Positions 13,426 to 26,360 of a stretch of DNA of 64,000 bases are shown piece after piece (position 1 is the stretch's first letter; each line of letters starts with the position of its first letter). Source of the DNA: Fimbriosthenelais zetlandica (taxonomy: Eukaryota). The DNA lies in contig OZ365112.1 in the NCBI GenBank assembly GCA_977030845.1, positions 15,624,001-15,688,000 on the forward strand, read 5' to 3'. Under the pieces are notes generated by a model that searched no databases, was not told the DNA's origin, and saw nothing but the letters and a program-made list of their open reading frames with translations. The translations under genes were made by a program, and so were the position numbers.

Positions 13426-15710
13426 AGTTTTGCCAGAGAAGGCCAGCCACAAGTGGGAGTGATGGTAGAGAGGATTAACCCTGAAGTCTCTTCCTCCAGC
13501 TTAGCCGCCACATAAATGGTGCCGTGTGATTAGGCCTGTAGGTCTTGTCCTCTGAGTTTCCCTTCTACATTTACTCTCATCAACGGACAACACGCTTTCT
13601 GGATTAGTGAAACAAGCTGCAGTTTCTCTGACCCTTCCCTTCTGCAAGCAAAGGTCAAAAACATAAGACATAAAGTGTACCATTAGAGCTGTACATGTTT
13701 TAGATTGGCCATGGTTCCACGATTACAAGGCCTTACCTCTATCCCATAAACTGATGTCTTAGTGGAAGAGACATACATTTATATATGGCTAACTCAGTCT
13801 CTACATGTCTGTTCTTACCGTTGCTTTCTTCAATGGAAAGTGTTGTTCTTTTATTTCCATGGGATGTATACCATCCCTTAAGTATGCATGGTCAATTAAC
13901 ATTGTTGTAAATCCAAAGAGAAACATACGATATAGACTATTTCACTCTAATTTGCCACCTGTTTCTCATGGGTATTGCCAATTTGAACAATAAGTCCTGT
14001 GGAAACTTCTTTATTTCACGGAAACTATTGCTGAAAGTTCGAAGACTGACAATCTCTTTACAAAACTAAAGGAAAAGCTTCAGTTCTAGAAAGTGAACCT
14101 TAGTAGTTCTACACTGAACACGCACGGAGTGTATTGCGGACCAATGCTCCCAAAAGCAATACATTAGTTTTCAGTTCAGGTGGACAGGACTTCACCTAAG
14201 TACATCAGGTTTTTGACCCTGGTCCTGGCCATGGATATGACCAGCCTTTATTGCTCCCACACAGGGACAGCCTCAATAAGCACATATCTACAGGGATCCA
14301 GAATGGGTATATACATAGCTCTGGGTAATTCTGGAGGTACATGCCTGTATCTCTGTGTGTAGGCCTTCTGCAGGATATGAATGATAAGGGGAAGGGGGGT
14401 TTATGGCACAAGGCCTGAACACTGAAATATGGGCCAATCATCTGAATGCGTGGGATAAGCCTCTTCTACAGCCATTAGAAACATCCTGTCATGTTTAGCG
14501 TCTGATAAATCCATTATTCATTAGAGGATATTGTTTATAAGTAATAAGTTTGGAAATGAGAGATCGGTGTATTCTAATTTGCGAGGGCCATTTATGCCTT
14601 TTTTTCTGCCTGGGCATGCATGAATATTCCACAAAAATTTCCAAAAACTTCATTTGAAAGCTTTGAACACTGGATATGAATGCAGATATTTTCCTGATTA
14701 ATCTCTGACTTTTTATAAAGAATCAGCGGGGAGGATTAACTGGAATATTCTTATCTTTGAAGGCTTCTGAGTCTGATCTAGGAATTTAGGTCAAGTGGAG
14801 AAATATTCCAGGGTGAATTAGACTAATCCAATAGGCACATTCTTGGGTTACATGAAGCATGCAATTCATTGAAAGTCTGGATTAAACTAGAGCAGTTCAA
14901 TACCAACATTATTCACTAAAAAAGTCAACTTCCATAAGTTAATGAGAGCACACGACTGTTGACTGATGGACCCGTGTACCACTTGCATAACATTTGCATT
15001 GCATATCTGGAACTCGTTTGCCAGTGATATTTAACCAAGAGCAATTAAGTTGCCATTCCTCCTGTACTGCATCTAGCAACAATTGGAGCTATTCGGCTTG
15101 ATTGCCCGGTGCAAATGCAAAGTAGGGGGTATGAATTATGAGAAATATGAGTCTTTGATGGAAAAATGTGTCATATTGGATTCCAAAATGTTGACGTGAG
15201 ATGTGAGAGGGAGGAATGACAGGGCTGTGTGGGGGAAGGGGACACTATTGGTGACAGATTGTATTATGGATTACTCCCCCGGGATGACCACCGTCTCTCA
15301 TTGCCAGCACAGATATTGGTATAACGGTCCCTAGTCTAGTGACCAAGAGCCACACTCACCTCACAAACCCACCTCTCGTTTGCTCTTGCTGTGACAAAAA
15401 CGAGATTCATCCCCTTTAATCTGAAATTCTGATAAAATGGAATGGAAAAGTGTTTTAAACAGCAACTTTGTTTTCAACAAGGATGTTATGACCATTGTAC
15501 CTTGGCTGGAAACTTACTTGGTCCAACTCTCTAAGCCATTTGCTCATTCCTGTTACAAGTTCATCCAGTGGGTCAGAACCACCAATTGAGGCTCTAATAT
15601 GATAATATCAGCAAAAGTCAACCGAATGTGACTTCTCGCTATGACTGGTTGTCTACACAGCAGTTGACCAAGTGGGAAGCTTAATTAAAATCTTGTCAGA
15701 ATGCCCCATC

Positions 15711-15803
15711 ATGGCGGCCATCTTAGCATGATGGATGATGGGAACCAGTCACGTGTTGGCGAGATGGCGCCCTCTGGTGACATGCCTTGTGTGGTCACGT
15801 GAC
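15711..15803. promoter_or_regulatory. Dense motif cluster: YY1-like, two E-boxes, CTCF-like
   Basis: atggcggccatctt (15711), gtcacgtg (15748), ggcgccctctggtga (15766-15780; reverse complement TCACCAGAGGGCGCC) and the palindrome gtcacgtgac (15794-15803). Confidence 0.4.
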
Positions 15804-17501
15804 AATGATCCAGATCTTTGTCCCCGACCGTCCAGTCAAGGCTTTTAAACGATCATAGATGATTAAATCCCAATAATAGTTTTACTTCAAATGAAGTATT
15901 TAAATTGGGTATTTTTTGTTTTTTTCTGAAGCATTTTTGCCAGTTACTTCTGCGGTATATATGTGAAGAGCCTCAAGAGGCAGCCAGAAAAGCAGGCCAA
16001 GGTCAGCGCCTCTGGTCATTCGCTTTCCAGTTTCACTTTCTTTGATAATCGAAACCCTATTTTAATCAAACAGCGAACCCTAAAACCAAGCTCCTCATAC
16101 ATATTCATCCCTAAACCTGCATCATTTTATCAATACCTTCCAGAGAGTGTTCAAACAGCACCCATGCTGTGAAATGCGAGCTCGCAACGTGGGGAGGTCT
16201 TTTTTAAAGGGAGAACATGGACATGCTAGCATATCAAGTGGGCAAACAGGGGGGCCTAGAATTGGTGATGGTTTGCATAATTGATCCAGAGCATGAGCAT
16301 CATCAATCATCGTGGAGCTGCTCGATTCAGGTATCCAGGACGACTCACAGCAAACGTCATTAATTGATGGCCTCTGAATTAGTGGTTAGACGTGGAGAGC
16401 CTCTTGTGGTCTCAAGCCTGGGAGCGAAGACACTGTCTTTATAGTGCTTCATGGTTGACAAAGGATATTGGTGACTTGCTGGCAATGCCTGCAAGGAACA
16501 ATGAACACTTTTTATTGCCATGGTATGGCTCCAAATGGTCCATATGTTTAATGATAAAAACCCCGTACAAGTAAGGTTTATTGCAAAATTTTCAACTTTT
16601 TAAGTGCATTAAAGAGACCTGATTGGAATAGTATATGTAAGTCGCTTAATTAATTAATACAACTCCAACACTAAGTGCAAGTCACCTGGCTGCACAGTTT
16701 TGGCAGCCCTTTTTTATTGTTCATTAATCAAAGAAAAAATTTCCAAGAAACCTGTGGTCGGCCTGAGGTATGACCAGGGAGTGACCACTAGAGCCACCCA
16801 CTCACATACAGTGGGGGAGGGGGGATGTGCACGTCCCTGAGAGTGAGTGCGTCACAGTTCACAGCACTCACACACAAGGCCATCCGCTCCAACCATATAT
16901 TAGTTATTGAGGCACATATACCAAAATAATACACATATATGGCGATTTTCTGGGATTGTCTAGCTGTTAGTATCTCCCCTATTGTATTCCTCTAGCTAGG
17001 TCTCATTGGTTTCTTTCCTCATATCAATGCCTACAGGGATTGACTATGGGGATTTACCGTGCCTGTGAGTGGTTGATATTGTCTGGAGATAGGGCTGGGA
17101 TGGGACAAGGTTATGTAATGTGTGAGTTATTGATATGCCTTTCTCAATAAAGAACAGGGAGAGAATGATGGATGGGAACGTGGAATAAACATGCCTAGCT
17201 TTGAGTTATGACAATTGTAGGTCAATTGAAGAGCGCACTTTTTGTTGAACTACAACTTGAATTTCACTTTCCAATATTGATTCATTCTTTATTCCATTCC
17301 TCTTCCATCTTTATTTGAAAGCACTCGGTATTCAAGGATATTGTTTAATCGATATTAAAATTCCCTTGGATTGAGAGTAGTTACATTGTATCCAATAAAG
17401 TTCAAAACGACCAATATCTGACATATTGATTTAGAAATTAGATATCAAACTTTGAACGTATCAATTATAATTTTAAGTAAGTGTTCCCTCGTCTTTTTCA
17501 G

Positions 17502-17685
17502 GACGTCCCACCTCCAGGTTCTTACGAAGTGGACAAATCTTACCTCAAAACTCAGAGTAAAGTGCCTGTAGGCAAACCGAGGACGGATGCTGCCAAGAAG
17601 AAGCAGGGTGCCTTCCAGTCCTCCTCCTCCAGATTTGCTCCTCCCAGAGATGTTGTCATCAGTGAGGCAGATCCAGCATTGCCAG
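17502..17685 (+). CDS. STPG2: STPG2 internal coding exon (phase 0 to phase 1)
   Basis: Acceptor gtctttttcag|GAC and donor CCAG|gtaatt. Encodes DVPPPGSYEVDKSYLKTQSKVPVGKPRTDAAKKKQGAFQSSSSRFAPPRDVVISEADPALP(G), in frame with both flanking exons. Confidence 0.95.
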
Positions 17686-18231
17686 GTAATTTTTCTTAAA
17701 ACCATTAATTATCGAAATTAGTTCTCCTTCTGTTTCTCTTTCAGGATTTCTTTGTTTCCATCCTTATTTTCATCCACCCAAGTGCATTACTACTTTAATT
17801 TTATTTTTACCTCAAATGGAAAGGAAGCCCTATGTTTTGACTAACTTTAATAGGTTATCTGCAAGACAAAACTGGCTCGGGTTTATTTTAATAACCAAGT
17901 TTTGCCTGGGTCATAAATCTTTCACTATCAGTGTTGGTTTTCTCACGCTATCGCACTAAGGTGTCTCATTTTCCCACCTATCATCCCACCCCTCCTGACC
18001 CGCTCCTCCTACCACTGGCGGGATACCAACTCCTGCACCCCATTAGTCTCCTCACCCCCCTCTCCAGGAAACCCCTCATTAAGCTCGACCTCCGATCCCC
18101 TCCAAACAAAGATAAGAAAAGTTGTTAATTGGTCAGAGTGATTATCACTTGGCACTATTGATAGGTATATTAACGGGGAAGAGAGTGGCTCAGAGCTGTT
18201 GGATAGGAGGGTGTGGTCAGCTCACCTGGAA

Positions 18232-18269
18232 GGGAGAGGGAGGGGGTCCGCCGTGGGGATGTGGGTGGG
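18232..18269 (+). other. G-quadruplex-capable G-run cluster
   Basis: gggagagggagggggtccgccgtggggatgtgggtggg contains six runs of three or more G. Confidence 0.5.
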
Positions 18270-21200
18270 CAGGCAGCCTCCTGTGGGGTAAGGGGTAAGG
18301 GGGTGTATATATGGGAGTGTAGACTCAGCAGTATACCAAACCTGGTACGAATGAGAAGCTGGTTTAAGATGATAAGAAGCAGAGCGTATCAAGGTTTGTT
18401 ATCTGTCATGAACCTGATGCTATACGTGTCAGATTTGGTCAGGGCGTCCACGTCTCTTTTTCCTTCTATCTGACAGCCAATTATATTCCACGTGTGTTTG
18501 TTTATACCCTTTTCACTAGAAGCAAATGCCAAAAAGAAATCTCTCACCACCAATCTATCGTCTCTCTTCTTTAATCTCCTAGCCCTCGACCCAGGGAATG
18601 ATGTCACAATCATTATCTCTATAGATTAGATATTCAGGAGGAAATAGATGCCAACTTGTTTATCCTTAATGACCTTAAGAAGTGTATGCTATTCATTAGC
18701 TACCTTTGTTTACAATTCCCGCCATTAATTGAATCAGTTTCTTGAAAATGGCTTCTAAATCCTGTCAATTTTTCTATAGCTAAAATACATATCTATATAA
18801 TAGATGTATGGATAGATACAAAATAGAGATATGTATTGGTGTATAAAAAGGCTACATAACTCTGATCATCAGTACCCACCCATGCATTGCTGACCATACC
18901 CCTGTACCCTGGAGGAGAGGGTAGATGAAAGCAGCAGCTGGATCTGGTCAATCTCCGCCAGGGTGCTAACATTGGCATCATAGAGATGCCCGCCCAACCT
19001 GCTGTCATTGGTGCATGATGCCATGATAGACATGCACCCAATGTCCGGGTCACCTATGGACATAGCCGTGGGACAAAGCATGGGATATCCTTGACAGATA
19101 TCGTACCAATAACATTAGTTGGAAATTCAGGACAACATTTAAAAACAAATAAAAAGTCCGGAGATGGGAAAAGAGCCAATTACGCTTCTAATATCCCTAC
19201 TATATACCAGAATGTATTTCCAAGGATGCCTCCCTTTATTGTCAATTACGAAAAAAAAAACCAGTCCTATTAGTAACCAACACCGGGCTAGAAACGTCTG
19301 GTATTTTCCTGGTGTGCCATACGATACCATGAAAGCATTATGGGCATTATACTAATGACCCCGGCACAAGGCCGCCCCCATATGCTCCTGGCCTATAGTC
19401 ACACCAAAGCCTATACGGGTAATAAAGAAAATAAAACATTATGTAATTGCTGTCTTTGATGGCGGAGTTATTAGGGATTGATTATTGGCGGAGGCGAGTA
19501 GCTCAAGGGAGCCGCACGGGCTCCTGGGACTGCTCGCATGGAGCTGCTTTGCTGCTTCTCCCTCCTGTACCCCCAAAGGAGTCGGTGAGTATTTTCACAC
19601 AGAGCCTCCAGAGCAAACCCTGAGCTGATAATGCAGATAAGCTAATCATTCCCGCTGATATGCCTCATTAATACAGGGCCAGGGCCCGGCATGTGGCCCT
19701 GGTTACCCGGAATCTAAAAGAAAACCTGGTGTGAAGCGAGATAAACATCTAGTGTGGAAGGAAGAAGGCAGGAAGAAAAAAACATGAGAAATCTATGGCT
19801 AAAATCTACCACTTCTGACCTCGCCAAAATCTCAAGTGGCTTCCCGAGACTGTAACATGGCTTCACTCAAGATTCACTGATAGGAGAAGTTTTCCTCCCG
19901 CGAGATCTTGACGAGTTTGGTTCCAGCTTTGTGACCTTCATATGTCACATCATGTCAAGCCTCCTAGAGGCACATCAAGGCAGCAGTTGTCCATACCTTT
20001 CTCTCCCTCCACCAAAGGTTTTAGATTAGCGGAGATAAAGTGATAACAGACACGACCACTGCGGGTCAGTCTTCATAATCAGATTGAGCAGTCACAGAGC
20101 CATGTGTTTTCTGAACACCCCCACACAGTCTCCCTTTCATTTTCACCAGTTCACCAGCTCAAAATGACCCTTGATGCTTGCTATAAGTTTTTCCCCCAAG
20201 GGAACTCCGACTTAAATCCGCTTTCCCTCTGATGTTAACCCACCAAATGTTCATTTCCTAGAGCATCAAAGCACCACCTTAAGGTTATTAGCCTGGGATG
20301 TATAATTGGTTGCATCATGATAATGTTCCTGGTCTAGGTTGGGGGTATTAGGCGCGCGTGAACAAAAGGCTTAGAGGGCATATGTTGGTGGGAAGCAGAA
20401 AATGAGAGTGGGCCAGGCCTCCGTCCATATGGGGCCTGCTGCCCCACAACACTCCATCACACAAGGATTAAACTGACCACCAACTGCTAGACCTTTAATC
20501 ATGGTCTAAATATCCACTTTCCAGATCACTTCTGGTTGGGAATAAGATTTTTATCAAGAAAATGAGCCCTTTACACCGTCTGTTGGCTGAACTTCTTTAT
20601 ATATAAATCTTCATTAGAATGAAGGGAACATTTTCCCATGATTGAAGTTAATGAGACGACTTTGAAGTTAATGGACTTTGATGACATTCTGACCAGACCT
20701 CTGCATTACTTTGTTTGCTCAAGATTAACTGGTCTAAATGTTTGTTTAATCAATTAATGCCTGTATCAGAGGTATGTATCTACTGGGATTTAGCATCTGC
20801 TCCTCAATTATCTGTACCTCCATTAGAGCTTGGGGGCACTTCCCAAATTATTTGAGATGTATTAATCAATATCCATATTGAACTTATTAACCAAGTTCAG
20901 CTGACTTCAAAGGCGGCAATGAACATCTTCATCTTGACTAAAAACAGATATCTCTTTTACCAAATTAATATAATTGGTTGTTGACAATCTATGGTTGATT
21001 ACAATTTTACTTTCATGTACCATCAAACTTTCCCAAAAGTAAAGGTTATTTCATACATGCAATGTATTGACCATTCTCTAATCTTTAGAAGTTGTCCCCT
21101 CATCTCGTCTCTTAACTTTTTACTAAACATTCCCTCCGTGTGCACATTCCAAGGTGAGGAGTTACACCGAAGGGTTAACGAGTGCGGTGTCAGAACGAGG

Positions 21201-24200
21201 CTAGAACGCTGTCTTCACCAATTATCGCTCCCTTCTACTCAAAAGATTCCAGCCCTGCAGAGATGCAGTGTAAATGATTATAGATGAACAGCTGGACTCT
21301 TCTTGAGGGTTGGAGGATGTACGTACGGGGGTTGACTGGTCAGTAAGGAATCAACCTGACCCCTCCCCTCTCCCTCCTCTCCCTCCTCCTCACCCCACTA
21401 TCACCTTTGCCTTGAGATAAGCCTATTAGTTGATTCCTCCAAGCTGACTTTGCCCCTTTCCCTCCCTGCCCCCTTCAGAAATCATCCATGATAAAATAGA
21501 TCTACGATTAGTCATGTTAGTCATATATGCCATAGTAATGTGACCATTGAAGTTGGCCTACAAACTGAACTATTGACATATGATTTCATGGTGCACTTTT
21601 TGAGTGCCTTTCTCTCAGACTTCCTGGAAATTCCAGTGTATATATGACTGTTCGTGGATGGGGAGACTTATGAAAGGTTGAAGTGTTGTAAAAAGAGGTG
21701 CTTATAGGCACAATGTACACTGACAAGTTGGCATTCAGTCAGTCATCGATGGGCTGGAGGTTGGTGGTGTGGAGGGTGGTGAGGTTATAGGGGGGTTGAT
21801 CCATTAGTGGTGCTGGTGGGTGAGTGGGGAGGGGAGCATGTGTGGGTTTACATTGATGGACGTTATCTCCTCTGTTTATGGCTGGCCACCACAGAAGGGC
21901 CATGACATTGGACAGATAGCCCCACAGCCTGGCCCCCAGCCTCCAGCCTCCATTCCCCTCCAATCCTCCAGGAAAATCCACAGGCTCTGCGTATTCATGG
22001 AACTAGTAGACACACTCTGTGCAAGTTCACCCCAGGTCCATCAAGTTTGCCCTCATTCACCGTCTATGCCCTCTATACCCAAATATCCGACAAAAAAAAC
22101 TTCCGAATAAAAGTATACTCATGAAATGTCCAATTCAGAATGAGCAAAAGATAAATAGGATGCAAGGATGGCATAATTTGATGCAATCAGGATGCGACTA
22201 TGGCAACTTAGTAATATTGTGAAATTAAAAATCCCGAATGAATGCATGCATATAATATGATTTGGGGAATTCGAAACCTGCTACAAAGTAATACTATATT
22301 ATTAATATATATTTGCACTGCAAATTTGCATTTTTTTAAATTATCCCAGGCTGCCCTGGGACCTTTTGCATCAAAGCTTGAGACTGCTTCCCACTTCACA
22401 TGCGAGGGGGCACCACAGTATCTCAACTCCTGCTGACTGTTGTGTTCGTGGGATGGAAAGACTATCCTCACTCTATACAGTAACCCTTCCCAAAATTATC
22501 TCTTGTTGTGGTTTAGGGAATGGTCTATCTGCTACATAGACTTCAAATTGGCTGTGAAAGCAGAGATAATTTCCCTTCAGATCTCTTTTTTCCTCGGACC
22601 AAACAAAAAAGTTCCGACATCTGTGGGAGAACCTTGAAGCTAATAATTCATTTCACCTATTTAGAATTCCTGTCATTCAGGAGAAGGAACGCGAAATCAG
22701 TTACCACAGTAAAGAAGCGCAGGAATTATTCCAATTGCCTCGCTGGAGGGTCTTTATATTGAGGGAGGAAAAAAGTGTTAAGTCATGATATATACCTGTA
22801 AAAGCACACCGAAAGAATGGATGGTATTGGCAGGGGTCCTCACTTTTTATGACACTAGCCTGTTCAGGTGTTCTTGATAATTACCCCTGCCAAGCTTTCG
22901 TATTACCGAATTTTCTCCCAATGTTAAGAAGGTAACTTTTCTGTAGCCAGAGGGGACTTGATGAATATGGAAGTCAAACAGCATGCCTCATGATTTGTGA
23001 GGGGAAATATTTAGATAGGGAATTATTGTGTTAAAGTTTTGTTGGCCTTTAGTATAGGTATTCGTTGGATGAGCAGCCTATACCCACCCCTTCTCTTCAC
23101 TTAGATGCATACGCTGATTAGAGATGCTTTACGGTCCGTCTTACCATTAAGAGCCCAACATGTACATAAAGGGCCATAAAGCCCACCGTCCCCGACACAA
23201 TAGGTCCATCAGATAAGGGCTCTGCCACTGAGACCAAGACCAAGAAATTTAAGACCTTCTTCCCCACACTTATCTGACATGAGACATCTTAAACCTTACC
23301 ATTACTGGCTTAGAGCGTTGCGCTTGATGGCCCACACGGCCTGCCAACAGGTATTATTGGCCAAGGGTCAGGGCCAGAAGACGGCTCCAAAGTGGGACTT
23401 CTGCCATTTAAAGGCCAACCAAGGGGTTCGTCAGGGCCAAGAATCACCTCATTTATACTGGGGATATTTTATCGGATTGCTCATTAATAAGATTTGATTA
23501 ACTGTTTAGATGGTGAAGATGGCTTCAAGTGGTGAATGATGGGGTTCATTATTTGGTGAAATTGCTGGCTTCTCTCACTGTTTGATATTGGAGCCGTTAT
23601 AAATGCAAATTATATGTTAATATAAATCAATATGGATTCAAATGTGGGTCCATTTTCTTCGTTCAATCCCTACTTGAAACGTTCCAGCTAGGATGGAAGT
23701 TATTCAAATGGTCTGAAATGTTATGCTGGAAAGCAATTATGTAAACTGCAGGAAAAACGAGGGAGAGGGCTTATGGTGACTTTTATGTATTTCCCTATCT
23801 CGATATAATCTGTTTATTTGCACAATTTATATTTCTTCCTTTTGTAAGGGGTTGAAAATGCATTGAAGTCAGTCTTTTTAAATTTTCTTCTTTGTCCACT
23901 TAAAGTACACCTAAAGCAGCTCACATTTCTGAGGCTTTGGACACATATAAGTCATTCCAATACAATTGGTTCTTTCATGTGCATATTATGGATTCCAAAC
24001 ATTGGTAATTTTATCTAAACATGAGACGCAAAAGTAAAGAGTACTGCTTGAAAAAAAATGCCTTCATCCCCCTCTTATATCCTTATCGGAAATGGACCTT
24101 TCATGTTCCAGGTCCTTTGACATGAAAAAAGTATTGATAAGCGAAAATAAATTCGATTTTTTTTTTAAAGTTTTGCAACTATTATACCCGTCTCGAGTAC

Positions 24201-26120
24201 CAGATGTAAGTAGGCCACAATAGCCACAACAGGAAATCTACCATAGCTTAAAAATGGCCACTAATTATAGCCTAGGGGGCTGACAATTAAGTTCTAACTC
24301 TCGACAACCCCACCCCAGACCTTCACTCTGTATCCCCCACTCTCTCCATATCCCTCTCCATCAATTGCTTTACTGGCGAATTACCCCCCGACTCTTCCCC
24401 CTAAAACCCATGCAAAAAAGAGTAGTTCCCTGTGAATTGATACACTAAGTTCTAAATTGAGGTGGAAAATGAGGCAGAGCACGTCAGCTTTACTACGCTG
24501 ACACACCTTTTAACTTACAAAACAAAGCAAGTGACACAGAAATTGCTTTTCTAGTTATTTATTTGTCACCTTGGAAAGGAAGCATTATTTATCTAATCAA
24601 GGGGCATTAGTCATCGATTGATGGCCATTTTTTGTCCTTTCATTTTTTCCAGTAATTCTAACGTTAACTTGGTTAGCAGACATGCTTGTTACATACACTT
24701 TATGCATCTTACAATGTAGTGTATAATAGTATGTACCAGCAACAATTTCAAACCTAATACCATAAGTGCCTGCAGTTTGTTCAAAACCTAATTTTGAAGT
24801 TCATCCCATATAGGCCATGTGTGCATGGAGAAAGCAGATCGCCTGAGATAATGACTTGTAATTAAGGATAACTGCTAATTGCAAATTGACTTTGGGCTTA
24901 ACGAGTCACCCTATGTGGAGACAAAAATTTTGGAGAGTGTGAATTGGACCAAGCGTGTAGCTTCTCGCTAATTAGACATGATGGATCACAAAGTTCTCTC
25001 TTCTTCCTTTCTTCTTATCTGCTGTGTACATTTTTCATCGGGTGTCACTTCAGAAGCAGTTAAAATCGTGAAAAGTTAATTGAATGGCTTTAAGATGCTT
25101 TACTCAATAAGGCATGGGGCTTAATTGAACAAAATACATATTACCCTCCAATACACTGTGTTTAGTGAAGAGCTTCATAGAACCTTGTTTTATGATTATT
25201 CACTATCAGAATCAAAATAAAAGAACAAGTCGGACGCATGAACTGCCTGCCTTTTCCATCAGTAGATGCCCTGACATTGCTATTTCATTTTCTCTTAAAC
25301 GTTTGGCAACCTAAATGGCTCAGAAAATGATGATAGAGACTTGTGTTTTGGATCTTACTGGATTGTATCAACTCCGACCAGACCGCTGCCTCTCGCTTTA
25401 ATGCAGCAAAAATTAATCTCTCTCCGATCTAGAGGCAGTTTGGCCTGTGGGTAGAAAGGTAATTTTCTTGGGAAATTGAGCACTATTAACTCCTTGCCTC
25501 CCCATACATTACATCCCCCTCTTTACCTGCGAGTACCTTGGTGCTTGGTTTGTTCACTATAACATATCTAAGAATTGATAACTTTATATAATTGGGTAAT
25601 TATTCTGATTGCCTGTAATAAGGTTGGGTGGGGTGAAGTCAGTGGGGGAAGGTTTGCCAGCTTTGTTTCTCCGGGTGTTTGGCCTCTATCACTATATTAT
25701 GTCTTGTGCCATATCCCCCTGATGCCTACATACCTTTCAGTTTTATCTGATGCTTGCACGCTCTGTGTTAAAAGTCAAATTTTTGACAGAAAATATACAC
25801 TGTATACAAATACATACTGCAGGTATGATAAATGAAATTGGTTATATAGATGGGACTTTTTTGGTCAGAACAATTCGGCTGTATATTTACCATCTCAAGT
25901 CATCTGTGATGAATTTGCCTTAGGTAAACTGAAGTCTGGAGAACATAAATTATACATATTTAGACACGCACCTGTGTAACATTTGGTTGTGGTTTTTTTG
26001 GACAACTGTCCTCACTGATGAAGAATGGGACTCAATGTAAGTGCCCCTCAACCTTGTAAACCATATTAGATAATATAATCTTTGTGGAATTGTTCCCATT
26101 ACATATCGGTCAAGGGGTGT

Positions 26121-26360
26121 TATAGATGGATACAACGATAGATGGATGAGTGAGTGGAAGGATTGAAAGAAAGATGGATGGATTGGTGGATGGTTGGTGG
26201 ATAGATAGATGTGTGATGGATGAATTCTGGCATCCTGTCCGCTGCATGGATATGCATGGACACATGGATAAATACAGTATACATTGTAGATGAGATCGTG
26301 AGTGGATGAATCCATGTATGGATTGTATGGATGCCTAAATAATTGAGTGGATGGATGCAT
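26121..26360. repeat. Degenerate (GATG/GGAT)n microsatellite
   Basis: Repeated gatggatggattggtggatggttggtggatagatag... Explains the 180 aa minus-strand ORF 25950..26492 (HPSIHP-rich), which is not a gene. Confidence 0.85.

Noticed and set aside
14212-14330. FDPGPGHGYD as a cassette STPG repeat exon
   Set aside because: Weak acceptor, an extra residue in the PGPGxY motif, and the available donors are not phase-0 compatible with exon 17502.
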